Part shown: in pieces, positions 19,077 to 28,860 of the stretch
Layout: the number at the start of each line of letters is the position of its first letter
Numbering within the stretch: position 1 is the first letter of the stretch
Made by a program: the position numbers and the translations under genes
From: Candidatus Roizmanbacteria bacterium
GTDB lineage: Bacteria; Patescibacteriota; Microgenomatia; UBA1406; GWC2-37-13
DNA length: 64,000 nucleotides
Direction of reading: 5' to 3'
Assembly (NCBI GenBank): GCA_016201695.1
Contig: JACQCK010000044.1
Span: forward strand, 27 to 64,026
Notes under the pieces: model-generated
The model's input: the letters and a program-made list of their open reading frames with translations, nothing else
What the model was told of the DNA's origin: nothing
Database searches by the model: none

Positions 19077-19928
19077 TTATATAAATTCAGCCGAAATGGC
19101 GGCGAGATCCTCAAATCTTTTTTTATTTAGCAGTGTCGTTCCTTTAAGTTGCGCGACTTGATCGACGTAGGTCGGGCGCTGTACCTGATAAATAACGCCG
19201 AGGGGGAATTTTTCTTCGTTCATCTGCAAGGCGGCCGGCATGGCGACATGAAGGCTATCGGCACGATAATCACCGTTCAGTTTATAGACCCGTTGGAGAT
19301 AGTACTGGTAAGTATTCACGTGGTTAAAAGTGACACACGGCTGAAGAATATTGACGAGCGAAAATCCCCGGTGCTCGATCGCCTTCTTGATGAGGGGAAT
19401 GGTGAAGTTTATGTCGCCGGCAAATCCCTGGGCAACAAAGGTGGCGCCCGAAGCCAGCGCCAAAGTCAACGGGTTAATCGGCTTTTCGATAATTCCCGAC
19501 GGCGTCGACTTGGATTTGAAGCCTTTTTGAGCGGTCGGAGAAACCTGTCCGGTCGTCAAACCATAGACGCCGTTGTCATGAACGATGACCGTCAGATCGT
19601 GGTTGCCGCGGCAGGCATGAAGCAAGTGATTACCTCCCTCACCGTAGCAGTCGCCATCACCGACAATGGCGATAACCGGTAGCGCGTGATTGGCCAGTTT
19701 GGCGCCGATGGCATTGGGAAGACCCCGGCCATGAAGCGCGTGAAGACCGTAGGCGTTAAGAAAATCATTCATATTACCGGAACAGCCGATACCAAAAATT
19801 GCCATCACCGATGACGGATCCAGCCCAAGCTGGACTAAGGCGGACTTTATCGCGACCCCGATCCCCCAATCGCCGCAGCCCGGACACCAGGTAGGCGCGT
19901 AGCCGGAGAAATCTTCAATCGTGGCCAT
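19077..19928 (-). CDS. korB: 2-oxoacid:ferredoxin oxidoreductase, beta (TPP-binding) subunit
   Basis: TWCPGCGDWGI and GDGDCYGEGGNH motifs. Confidence 0.85.
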   Translation of the reverse strand: MATIEDFSGYAPTWCPGCGDWGIGVAIKSALVQLGLDPSSVMAIFGIGCSGNMNDFLNAYGLHALHGRGLPNAIGAKLANHALPVIAIVGDGDCYGEGGNHLLHACRGNHDLTVIVHDNGVYGLTTGQVSPTAQKGFKSKSTPSGIIEKPINPLTLALASGATFVAQGFAGDINFTIPLIKKAIEHRGFSLVNILQPCVTFNHVNTYQYYLQRVYKLNGDYRADSLHVAMPAALQMNEEKFPLGVIYQVQRPTYVDQVAQLKGTTLLNKKRFEDLAAISAEFI

Positions 19929-19931
19929 AGT

Positions 19932-21650
19932 TCATTTTACATAATTTACAATCTCTTCCGGCCAAAACGGCCGGCCGTCGTATTTCAGCAATTTTTCTTT
20001 GATCTCTACCCCCGTTTCCATTAGTAGTAACTTCCCAAACTGTGCTTGGGAGTTGTTTTCAACCAGAACATAGCGCCTATTTTTTTTAAAAAGTACCCGG
20101 ACTTTTTCTTTGTTAAGAGGAAATAAAGACGTAAAGTGAATTAGCGCCGTTTCCCGGGAGTACCCGCTACGAAGAAGCTCTTGGGCGGTAAGAAGTACGC
20201 CCTTGGTGCTTCCCCAAGACACAAAAACTACTTTCGCCGAATTTAAGTCACCATAGATTTTTGGGTTGGCAAAATGATTCTTGAGATAGGTCGTCATTTT
20301 TTTATTTCTTTTATCAACCTGCTGTTTCCGTGCCACCGCGTCCTCGGTAGTGTGTCCGTCCTCGATATGTTCGTAAGAGTTTGCTTGATAATAGACACCT
20401 TTGGCCCCGGGAATGACTCTTTCGGAAATTCCGTCGTCGGTCAGCTTGTATCGTAAATACTGACCACCGTCCCAAGCGGAAATGGTTTTCCCCCGTTCAA
20501 TCTGAAAAGCGCGGAAGAAGTTATCCACCTGTTGTTTAGAGATCGTTTTATGAGATTCTGATAAGAACATGTCCGACATGACGATAACCGGAGTCTGATA
20601 GATATCGGCTAAGTTAAAGGCTTTGGCGGTAAGCCCGATCATTTCGCCAATGTCGCCCGGGGCCAGAACAATTTTGGGAAATTCACCGTGACCGGCGTGG
20701 ACGGCAAAAAGTAAATCGCTCTGCTCGGTCCAAGTCGGCATGCCGGTGGCCGGCCCGGGCCGAGACGAAAGAAAAACAACCACCGGCAGTTCGGCCACTC
20801 CGGCAAATGAAAGTGACTCCACCATAAGGGCAAAGCCTCCGCCTGATGTTGCGCAGGCGGCCCGAACTCCGGCAAAAGAGGCGCCAAGCACGGTATTGAT
20901 TACCGAAATCTCGTCCTCGGCGTGCCTCACTACCATACCCGTCTTTTCCTGCCAGGCGGCGAGCGATGTCAACACTGACGAAGACGGAGTCATCGGATAG
21001 GCGGCGAACAAACGGCAGTCGGCGCCGGCCGCCGCGTATGAAAAAGCGTCATTTCCGGTCATCACCATCTGCACTTCGCCTTTTCGATTGACCAGTTTTT
21101 TTTTAATTTTAGCCTGATAATTAGCCGTCACGTAATGATGACCCATCCGCGCGAACTTTTTGTTGAACTCGACGATTGCTTCTCCTTTTCTCCTGAACTG
21201 CTTCTCAATCAACTCGTTAAGAATGGCTAGATCGCTCCCCAAGAGCGCGAGCGACGCGCCAACGGCTATCGTATTTTTCATGACAAGTTGACCTTGCTGT
21301 TCGTGCAGTATTTTTTTAAAGGGAACAGCGACAGTATTGGCAAAATCAGTTATCTGAAAATCTTCCTGGTCGTAAATAACGATACTGTTTTTGTGAAGAC
21401 GCGAGCAGTGGAAGCGGTAAGTGTCGCTATTTAAACAAACAAGATAATCAACGCTGACCTGAAGAGCCGATACTTCTTCTTCGCCAACGACTACCTCGTA
21501 AGTATTATGGCCGCCACGGATAAGCGAGGGGTACTCGACATAATCGAAGATCTGATACCCGAGCCGGCTGGCGATTTTGGAGAATACCAGGCCGGTGGTC
21601 ATAATGCCGAAACCCGCCTCACCGCCGATTTTCCAGCTAAATTTAGTCAT
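19932..21650 (-). CDS. korA: 2-oxoacid:ferredoxin oxidoreductase, fused gamma-alpha subunit
   Basis: N-terminal gamma-like GGEAGFGIMTTG...PSLIRGGHN, then the alpha domain AYPMTPSS. Confidence 0.85.
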   Translation of the reverse strand: MTKFSWKIGGEAGFGIMTTGLVFSKIASRLGYQIFDYVEYPSLIRGGHNTYEVVVGEEEVSALQVSVDYLVCLNSDTYRFHCSRLHKNSIVIYDQEDFQITDFANTVAVPFKKILHEQQGQLVMKNTIAVGASLALLGSDLAILNELIEKQFRRKGEAIVEFNKKFARMGHHYVTANYQAKIKKKLVNRKGEVQMVMTGNDAFSYAAAGADCRLFAAYPMTPSSSVLTSLAAWQEKTGMVVRHAEDEISVINTVLGASFAGVRAACATSGGGFALMVESLSFAGVAELPVVVFLSSRPGPATGMPTWTEQSDLLFAVHAGHGEFPKIVLAPGDIGEMIGLTAKAFNLADIYQTPVIVMSDMFLSESHKTISKQQVDNFFRAFQIERGKTISAWDGGQYLRYKLTDDGISERVIPGAKGVYYQANSYEHIEDGHTTEDAVARKQQVDKRNKKMTTYLKNHFANPKIYGDLNSAKVVFVSWGSTKGVLLTAQELLRSGYSRETALIHFTSLFPLNKEKVRVLFKKNRRYVLVENNSQAQFGKLLLMETGVEIKEKLLKYDGRPFWPEEIVNYVK

Positions 21651-21671
21651 AGATTTTTCAGACTCGTTTTT

Positions 21672-21947
21672 TTAGATCGGGAATACCCGTTCGCCCTTTT
21701 CATCTTCTATAATAATAGCAGCTACCGGACAGGCACGGGCGGCATCGATGATTACTGAATCAGAATCGGTTTCGGCGCTCTTAAGAATAATTGCTTTAGC
21801 TTCCGAATCAATGAGAAAAGTGTGCGAGGCGATAGCGACACAAGTGGCCGCGCCAATACAAAGATCGCGGTCGACTACCACTTTTAGTTTTCTGATCTTA
21901 GCCGGGCCCGACGGATGCGCGCTGTCTTTGGGTTTAGTATTTTCCAT
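21672..21947 (-). CDS. Small ferredoxin
   Basis: CIGAATCVAIA ... ACPVAAI cluster ligands; 91 aa. Confidence 0.65.
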   Translation of the reverse strand: MENTKPKDSAHPSGPAKIRKLKVVVDRDLCIGAATCVAIASHTFLIDSEAKAIILKSAETDSDSVIIDAARACPVAAIIIEDEKGERVFPI

Positions 21948-22302
21948 TGCCTATTAATTTTAATAACGCTTCCCAAGGGAGAAGTGCGCACTTCAAGCGG
22001 TTCGGACTTAGCTCGATACCAAGCATTTTCAGCATATCGTTTTTGGTCAGGCCAAGTAACGGCTTAAGTCGACGGCGATGGGCCTTTTCCGTCAGCATCG
22101 ACGCCGCGGCGGTGGAAATAGCACAGCCTTCGCCGGAAAACCGTACTTCCCAAAGAATCCTTTTCTTAATCAGCGCTTCCAGACAAATGACGTCACCGCA
22201 TAACGGATTGGCAACGGTGACGCGATCGGTCGCCGCGGCCAAACGGCCGTAATTTCGCGGGTGACGGTAGTGTTCAAGGATATTTTCCTGATAAATCGAC
22301 AT
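21934..22302 (-). CDS. sufU: Fe-S cluster scaffold / sulfur acceptor, SufU/IscU family
   Basis: NPLCGDVI and GEGCAISTAAASM motifs. Confidence 0.8.
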   Translation of the reverse strand: MSIYQENILEHYRHPRNYGRLAAATDRVTVANPLCGDVICLEALIKKRILWEVRFSGEGCAISTAAASMLTEKAHRRRLKPLLGLTKNDMLKMLGIELSPNRLKCALLPWEALLKLIGNGKY

Positions 22303-22309
22303 ACTCTTT

Positions 22310-23530
22310 TTATTTTAATATGCGCTTTGCCTTTTGCAAACCTTTTATTAAGGCGTCGACGTCGCCAGAATGATTGTAGAGATAAAAACTGGCCCGGGCC
22401 GAGGCGGCCACACCCAGTCTGCGGTGAAGCGGCATCGCGCAGTGGTGGCCGGCGCGAATCGCGATGTTTACTTCATCGAGAATCTGGGCTAAGTCGTGCG
22501 GATGAGTTCTTTTCAATGAAAACGAAAGTATTCCGGTACGATTTTCCCTGGGCCCCAACAAAACAAAATCCTCACCGAACGCTCGCTCCAGCTGGTCAAC
22601 TGCGTATTTCACCAACTCCGTCTCGTGTTTTTCAATCGATTCGAGACCTATTTTTTGCAGATAGACAACGGCTTCCTGCAAGGCGATTACGCCGGCAATG
22701 TGCGGCGTTCCCGCTTCAAATTTGTGCGGCGGCTGTTTAAATGTCGTTTTTTCGATACCGACCTCTTCGATCATTTCCCCGCCGTACTGGAATGGCCGCA
22801 TCGAAGTCAGCAAAGCGCGCTTTCCCCACAACACCCCGACTCCGGTTGGCCCGAGCATTTTATGCGAGGAGAAGGCCAAAAAATCGGCGCCGATCGCCGA
22901 AACATTGACTAAGCGGTGCGGTACCGCCTGCGCCGCGTCAACAACGACCACTATCCGGGGATTGATCTTTTTCGCCCGGGCGATAATTTTTTTAAGGGGA
23001 TTAACTACTCCCAGTACGTTGGAAACGTAGGTCACGGCCAGAATTTTAGTTCGTTTGGTGATAACTTCGTCAAGCGTCACGGCACTTTGCAGCTTGCCTT
23101 CCTTATCAACGTCAAGCACTTTAAATACTCCCCCGTTTTCAATCGCAAGCTGCTGCCACGGCACGAAGTTTGAGTGGTGTTCCATGATAGTTGTCACAAT
23201 TTCATCGCCTTTGCCGATGAGCCGACGGCCCAGACCGGACGCCACCAGGTTCAACGACTCGGTGGTATTGCGGGTAAAAACGACTTCCGACGCCTCTGCC
23301 CCGATAAAAGCCGCGATCAGCTTACGAGTTTTTTCATACTCAACCGTTGCTCTCTCGGATATTTTGTAAATGCCGCGGAAAACGTTGGCGCTGTACTCTT
23401 TATAATATTCATTGAGTTTATCGATGACCGTCTGCGGTTTTAAGGCCGTCGCGGTAGAATCCAGGTAAATAAGACTGGGATTCTTAGCGAATAAAGGAAA
23501 GTCTTTTTTGATGGCGCTAACGTCGAGCAT
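22310..23530 (-). CDS. sufS: Cysteine desulfurase
   Basis: SSHKMLGPTGVG (PLP Lys) and RAGHHCA (catalytic Cys). Confidence 0.9.
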   Translation of the reverse strand: MLDVSAIKKDFPLFAKNPSLIYLDSTATALKPQTVIDKLNEYYKEYSANVFRGIYKISERATVEYEKTRKLIAAFIGAEASEVVFTRNTTESLNLVASGLGRRLIGKGDEIVTTIMEHHSNFVPWQQLAIENGGVFKVLDVDKEGKLQSAVTLDEVITKRTKILAVTYVSNVLGVVNPLKKIIARAKKINPRIVVVVDAAQAVPHRLVNVSAIGADFLAFSSHKMLGPTGVGVLWGKRALLTSMRPFQYGGEMIEEVGIEKTTFKQPPHKFEAGTPHIAGVIALQEAVVYLQKIGLESIEKHETELVKYAVDQLERAFGEDFVLLGPRENRTGILSFSLKRTHPHDLAQILDEVNIAIRAGHHCAMPLHRRLGVAASARASFYLYNHSGDVDALIKGLQKAKRILK

Positions 23531-23534
23531 AATT

Positions 23535-24128
23535 TTAAAAGTGAAGTATACTCTTTTTTAACTTATCTGTCTGTGACCCAAATCCTCGCCGTTCAATTTC
23601 GTCAAAAACATGGGTAATAAAGCCTGCGACTAGTAACCGCTTTGCCACCGGTTCTTGCAGGCCGCGCGACTTTAAATAAAACAGTTGCTCTTCGTTGAGA
23701 CGGCCGGTTGTTGATCCGTGAGTGCAAAAGACGTCGTTGGCTAAAATTTCAAGAAATGGCATCGACTCGACAAAGACTTGCGGTGAAAGAATCAGGTTTT
23801 GATTTTTCTGATAGGCGTGGCTTTTTTGGGCGGATTTTTCGATACGGATCAGGCCTTGGTAATGGAACTTGGCGCGGTCGTCAAAGACGCCCTTGATAAG
23901 AAGGTTTGAGGTCGTCTCCGGCGCCAGGTGGTGCTGGACGGTTTTGATCATAAAATTATCGTCTTTGGCACCGGTATAGACGCCGAAAATCATGACGTTT
24001 ACCTGACGGGCGACGAGTTCAACGGTAATTTGCCCGGATAAGTTATGCATAAAGACGACAAAATCTCCCGGCCGACTAAAGACCAGTTTTTCCCGTTTTT
24101 CCCGATTAAGATCGATAAAGTTTGTCAT
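23535..24128 (-). CDS. sufD: Short SufD-like Fe-S assembly protein (C-terminal beta-helix part only)
   Basis: AYQKNQNLILS...PFLEILANDVFCTHGSTTGRLNEEQLFYLKSRG; 197 aa. Confidence 0.65.
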   Translation of the reverse strand: MTNFIDLNREKREKLVFSRPGDFVVFMHNLSGQITVELVARQVNVMIFGVYTGAKDDNFMIKTVQHHLAPETTSNLLIKGVFDDRAKFHYQGLIRIEKSAQKSHAYQKNQNLILSPQVFVESMPFLEILANDVFCTHGSTTGRLNEEQLFYLKSRGLQEPVAKRLLVAGFITHVFDEIERRGFGSQTDKLKKSILHF

Positions 24129-24132
24129 ACGA

Positions 24133-25533
24133 CTAGCCGACGCTGCCGGACATTTCCAAATTAATGAGGCGGTTTAGCTCGATTGAGTACTCCATGGGAA
24201 TTTCTTTGGTAACCGGAGCAATAAACCCGTTTACCAAGAGTCCCTCCGCTTCACTTTTTTTAAGGCCGCGGGACAACAGGTAAAATAATTTTTCTTCGCC
24301 TAATTTTTCGACCGTCGCCTCGTGCTGGACGGCGACTTCGTTTTCCTTAATTTTCATATACGGATATGTGTCCGACCGTGACGCTTCATCAAGAATAAGA
24401 GCGTCACAAGAAACATAAACCGAAGAGTTCTTGGCGCCGGGCATAACCTGCACCAGGCCGCGATAGGAGGTACGACCACCGTCTTTGGCGATAGACTTGG
24501 AGACAATGCGGGAAGAGGTGTTTGGGGCAAAATGGAGCATTTTGGCGCCGGCGTCCTGGTGTTGGCCGCGGCCGGCAAAGGCAATAGAAAGCACCTCGCC
24601 CCGGGCTCCTCTACCCATCAGGTAGACGCTCGGATATTTCATCGTTACTTGACTGCCCAAATTACAGTCGACCCATTCCATGATCGCATTTTCTTCGGCA
24701 CGCGCGCGCTTAGTAACCAGATTGTAGACATTTTTACTCCAGTTTTGTACCGTCGTGTAACGTACTCTGGCTCCTTTTTTGACAATAATTTCGACAACCG
24801 CCGCGTGGAGTGAATCGGTGGTATAAATCGGCGCCGTACATCCTTCGACATAATGAATATGACTACCTTCTTCGGCGATAATTAACGTTCTTTCAAACTG
24901 CCCGAACTTTTCGTCGTTGATCCGAAAGTACGCCTGTAAAGGCAAGGTGACGGTTACTCCCTTTGGCACATAGACAAACGATCCGCCGGACCAGACGGCC
25001 GAGTTTAGCGCGGCGAACGCATTGTCGGGCGGCGGAATAAGTTTACCGAAGTACTCCCTGACGATATCGGGGAATTTACGAACGGCCGTATCCATATCAC
25101 AAAAAATAACCCCTTGTTTATCGAGCTCACGGTTGATGCTCTCGTAGACCACTTCGCTTTCATACTGGGCGCTGACACCTGCCAGAAATTTCTTTTCCGC
25201 TTCGGGCACACCGATACGGTCATATGTTTCTTTTATTTCCGCCGGCAGATCCGCCCACGAGTTAACCTGTTTGTCGGTGGGTTTGATATAGTAATAAATA
25301 TCGTTAAAGTCGATTTTTGAAAGATCGGCTCCCCAAACCGGTATGGTTTTTCTGGTAAAAATGTCATACGACTTAAGCCGAAACTCGGTCATCCAGGCCG
25401 GTTCGTTTTTAAGGGCGGAAATTTCGGCGACTATTCTCCGATTCAACCCCTTTTTTGCTTTAAAGGTATAGTTTTGCGGCATGGCAAAACCATAGCGGTA
25501 GTCGAAGTCAAGATTATTTTGAGGATTAGACAT
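24133..25533 (-). CDS. sufB: Fe-S cluster assembly protein SufB
   Basis: 466 aa with typical SufB conservation (EGCTAP, ...FYLLSRGL). Confidence 0.9.
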   Translation of the reverse strand: MSNPQNNLDFDYRYGFAMPQNYTFKAKKGLNRRIVAEISALKNEPAWMTEFRLKSYDIFTRKTIPVWGADLSKIDFNDIYYYIKPTDKQVNSWADLPAEIKETYDRIGVPEAEKKFLAGVSAQYESEVVYESINRELDKQGVIFCDMDTAVRKFPDIVREYFGKLIPPPDNAFAALNSAVWSGGSFVYVPKGVTVTLPLQAYFRINDEKFGQFERTLIIAEEGSHIHYVEGCTAPIYTTDSLHAAVVEIIVKKGARVRYTTVQNWSKNVYNLVTKRARAEENAIMEWVDCNLGSQVTMKYPSVYLMGRGARGEVLSIAFAGRGQHQDAGAKMLHFAPNTSSRIVSKSIAKDGGRTSYRGLVQVMPGAKNSSVYVSCDALILDEASRSDTYPYMKIKENEVAVQHEATVEKLGEEKLFYLLSRGLKKSEAEGLLVNGFIAPVTKEIPMEYSIELNRLINLEMSGSVG

Positions 25534-25541
25534 GGACGATT

Positions 25542-26258
25542 TTACGAGTTAATAACGTCTTCATAACCTTTTTTTTCAATGAGCTTTGCCAGTTTGCCGT
25601 CGCCGACTTTCCGCAGTTTGCCGTCAGCAAGCACCAGCACTTTATCGGGTTTTAGATATTTGAGAATCCGCTGGTAATGAGTAATAATAATATAGGTTTT
25701 TTGGCCTTTAGTTTTGTCCAGAAACTGGGCGATAGTTTTTAAAGCATCGATATCAACGCCGGTATCGACCTCGTCAAAAATAATTATTTCCTTGTCCAAA
25801 ACAGCCGCCTGCAGAACTTCCATTTTCTTTTTTTCTCCGCCTGACGCGCCGTCGTTTAACGAACGGGTAAGCAGTTCTTCTTTGATCTTAAGAGCCTTGG
25901 CGTATTTTTGGACTGTCCGGCGAAGGGTCAGCGGATCTTTTTTTCCGGCGAGCGCAAGTTGCAGCAGCTGATTAATGCGCACGCCTGACAGCGATAACGG
26001 CGTTTGAAAAGACAAAAAAATACCTTTTTCGGCCCGTTTTTCCGGTGGCAAAGAAAGAATGTCCTCATTTTTCAGCCGCAGACTACCGCTTGCAACCTCG
26101 TAGGCCGGGTGGCCCATGAGTGTGTAGGCGAGCGTTGACTTGCCAGAACCGTTCGGTCCCATAATGGCGTAGATCTTGCCTTTGGCAAACTCAAACGAAA
26201 TCTTCTTAAGAATTTCTTTGTTTCCGACCTTAACGGTTAAATTGTTTAGGCTTAGCAT
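25542..26258 (-). CDS. sufC: Fe-S cluster assembly ATPase SufC
   Basis: GPNGSGKST Walker A, LSGGEKKK-like signature, FDEVDTGVD Walker B. Confidence 0.9.
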   Translation of the reverse strand: MLSLNNLTVKVGNKEILKKISFEFAKGKIYAIMGPNGSGKSTLAYTLMGHPAYEVASGSLRLKNEDILSLPPEKRAEKGIFLSFQTPLSLSGVRINQLLQLALAGKKDPLTLRRTVQKYAKALKIKEELLTRSLNDGASGGEKKKMEVLQAAVLDKEIIIFDEVDTGVDIDALKTIAQFLDKTKGQKTYIIITHYQRILKYLKPDKVLVLADGKLRKVGDGKLAKLIEKKGYEDVINS

Positions 26259-26260
26259 TT

Positions 26261-26659
26261 TTATTTAAATAAATCGGCGAGTGTCCATCGTTTAAGTTCG
26301 GTGTTTAAGATCGCGTTTAATTTATTTCTAAAAAAGAACTTATGGACGCAACTACTTTCAAACCGGCAGACATATCCGTGCTCTTCGCACTTGACGAGAT
26401 TCAGACGGCGTTCAAACATTTTGATGAAGTCAAGAAGGGTTACTCGCTTTAGATCTACTGCCAACTTGTATCCGCCGATCTTGCCTTCCCGACTCGCGAG
26501 GACGCCATGTTTTACCAGGTCCGAGGCAATACGGGCGATAAACCGTTGCGGCAGTTGTGTTTCCTCAACCAGCTGCGACAAAGGAACGTAATCATTTTTT
26601 TTGGAAAGTTCGGCGACTAATAATAATCCGTAGTCGACTTTATTATTCAGCGTAAACAT
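26261..26659 (-). CDS. Rrf2-family transcriptional regulator (IscR/SufR-like)
   Basis: 132 aa with an N-terminal wHTH (DYGLLLVAELSK...IARIASDLVKHGVLASREGKIGGYKL) and C-terminal Cys residues. Confidence 0.7.
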   Translation of the reverse strand: MFTLNNKVDYGLLLVAELSKKNDYVPLSQLVEETQLPQRFIARIASDLVKHGVLASREGKIGGYKLAVDLKRVTLLDFIKMFERRLNLVKCEEHGYVCRFESSCVHKFFFRNKLNAILNTELKRWTLADLFK

Positions 26660-26700
26660 ATACTATTTAAGTAGCAGTTTAACGAAAGCCGGTTGATAAA

Positions 26701-27753
26701 TCAAGCGAAGCTCAAGCGAGGGATACGATCAAGCAAATTAAGATCGGCGAACACGTTGGCTTGGGCTTTGTAATAAGCGGCGACCCCGATCATTGCGGCG
26801 TTATCCCCGGTCAGAAAAGGGTACGGCGGAAAAAATATCCGGCCGTTTACTTTTTTCGCCAGTGCGCGAAGCTGCGAGCGAAGACGGTGATTGGCGGACA
26901 CACCGCCGCCGACCACGATATTTTTTACCCCGGTCTGCTCAACGGCAAGAACCATTTTGGCTAAAACGACGGCGAGCACCGCTTGCTGAAAAGAACTCGC
27001 GAGCTCCCTTACTTTTTTTGTTTTTTCTTCGTCCGGCAAGGATTTAAAAAAATAATAAAAAGCAGTTTTTAGCCCGGAAAACGAGAACTCAAGAGTGTTG
27101 GTACCGATCATCGGCCGCGGAAATTTATAGTCGTCCTTGTCCCCCGCCTCTTTGGCTAATTTTTCGATCGCCGGCCCACCCGGATAACCAAAGCCAAGTA
27201 GTCTGGCGGCTTTATCAATTGCTTCTCCGGCGGCGTCGTCGCGAGTCTCGCCTAATTTTTTATAACGCAGATGATCTTCGAAAAGGACGATTTCGCTGTG
27301 GCCGCCCGACAGAAGCAGAGCCAAGTAGGGAAACTGAAATTCGCCGGCCGGCTTCCCCCGGCTGTTTTGAACAAAACAAGAATAGATATGGCCTTCCATG
27401 TGATTGACGCTGATCAATTTTTTTTCGTATTTTATTGCCAGCTCTTTCGCTTTTTTTATCCCCACCTCAAGGGCAATTGCCAAGCCGGGGCCATGAGTAA
27501 CGGCAATATAATCTATTTTCTTAAGCAACTCGCCGCCCTGCGGCTTAATATAACGCGCCGCTTTGCGGCAGACTTCGGCGACGACAAAATCAATCCGTTC
27601 TTCGTGTGCCCGTTTGGCAATCGAGGGAACGATCCCTCCCCATTCGCGATGCTGCAAAATCTGGGTGTAGCTTATATACGACAGGATTTTTCGCCCGCTG
27701 GTAATTGCGGCCGCCGTTTCATCGGCCGAAGTATCGATAGCAAGGATATACAT
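26701..27753 (-). CDS. tsaD: tRNA N6-adenosine threonylcarbamoyltransferase
   Basis: ILAIDTSADETAAAI and VNHMEGHI motifs. Confidence 0.85.
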   Translation of the reverse strand: MYILAIDTSADETAAAITSGRKILSYISYTQILQHREWGGIVPSIAKRAHEERIDFVVAEVCRKAARYIKPQGGELLKKIDYIAVTHGPGLAIALEVGIKKAKELAIKYEKKLISVNHMEGHIYSCFVQNSRGKPAGEFQFPYLALLLSGGHSEIVLFEDHLRYKKLGETRDDAAGEAIDKAARLLGFGYPGGPAIEKLAKEAGDKDDYKFPRPMIGTNTLEFSFSGLKTAFYYFFKSLPDEEKTKKVRELASSFQQAVLAVVLAKMVLAVEQTGVKNIVVGGGVSANHRLRSQLRALAKKVNGRIFFPPYPFLTGDNAAMIGVAAYYKAQANVFADLNLLDRIPRLSFA

Positions 27754-27768
27754 TTTAAAATAAACTGA

Positions 27769-28830
27769 TTAATATCCAATCGTTATCTCTCTCTCATTTT
27801 CACGGCAATACTTCATTTCAACCATAATTATTTTGGCACTTTTCTTCAACCCGGCGGCAATCGCCCGGGCTCGTTCTCCCCACTCAAACAGGAGAATATT
27901 GCCCGGCACAAGATATCTCTCAAACTGTAGCTGTCGGAATTCGGACGGATCTTCCAGGTTATACAAATCGGCGTGGACAAACTTTTTTTTGCCCGGCAGA
28001 TCATATTCATAGTACATAACGTATGTCGGCGAGATAATCTTTCTGATCGCGAATAACTCACCGATCCCTTTTGCGAATACCGTTTTGCCAACGCCCATTT
28101 CGCCTTTAAGAATAAAAACCAACGGCGTCTGCTGATCGTGACTAATCTTCCGGAAGATGTACCGGGCGATTTTCTTTGTCTCGGCCGGGCTAGCCGACCG
28201 AAATACTTTGCTTGCCGACACCAAAATGTCGCCTTTTCGCAGCAGCTTAATTTCAGGGGCGGTCAGATCAATGACCGTCGACGGTTTGTGGCGCGGTAAT
28301 TTTCCGGCGTCAATCACAAGATCAATCAGGTCTTTCTTTACCTGCGGGAGCGTCCCAAGTAACGATGCAACGCTATAATGTGGCGGCTGGCCGGCAAGAT
28401 TGGCTGACGTCGCCGTTACCGGAACCCCGTGCTGTTTAACCAATGCCACAATAAAAGCATCGTCAGGAATCCTTAGACCAAGCGTTTGTTTTTCCGACTC
28501 AAGAAGAACCGAAACTTTATGTTTGCTTTTCAAAATGACGGTAAAAGGCCCGGGCAGCAGTTCAGTTATAATTTTCCGTTGACGGTCGGAAAGAACGGCA
28601 TACTCTTCCATCATTTTAAAGTCAGCAACAAACACGGAAATCGCTTTCCCCGGGGGGCGATTTTTAAAGCGGATCAATTTTTCGACTCCTTTTTGTTGCG
28701 CCGCCGTAACCAACAGCCCATACACCGTATCCGATGGCGCCACGACCAACCCGTTGCCCTTAAGAGCTTTGACGATGTCGCTTATTTGTATTTTGTCAAT
28801 GGGAATGATTTGCATGCTATTTTTAGTCAC
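27769..28830 (-). CDS. Fusion of threonylcarbamoyl-AMP synthase (TsaC/YrdC) with the t6A ATPase TsaE
   Basis: N-terminal half VVAPSDTVYGL...TATSANLAGQPP (YrdC fold). C-terminal half LKGEMGVGKTVFAKGI...HADLYNLEDP...FEWGER (TsaE). The true start may be ATG 28815. Confidence 0.7.
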   Translation of the reverse strand: MTKNSMQIIPIDKIQISDIVKALKGNGLVVAPSDTVYGLLVTAAQQKGVEKLIRFKNRPPGKAISVFVADFKMMEEYAVLSDRQRKIITELLPGPFTVILKSKHKVSVLLESEKQTLGLRIPDDAFIVALVKQHGVPVTATSANLAGQPPHYSVASLLGTLPQVKKDLIDLVIDAGKLPRHKPSTVIDLTAPEIKLLRKGDILVSASKVFRSASPAETKKIARYIFRKISHDQQTPLVFILKGEMGVGKTVFAKGIGELFAIRKIISPTYVMYYEYDLPGKKKFVHADLYNLEDPSEFRQLQFERYLVPGNILLFEWGERARAIAAGLKKSAKIIMVEMKYCRENEREITIGY

Positions 28831-28846
28831 ATTTTATCAAAAAATT

Positions 28847-28855
28847 TGCTAAAAT
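28847..28855 (+). promoter_or_regulatory. Extended -10 promoter TGcTAAAAT, 5 nt from the ftsH ATG
   Basis: Read directly; ATG at 28861. Confidence 0.5.
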
Positions 28856-28860
28856 GAGGT

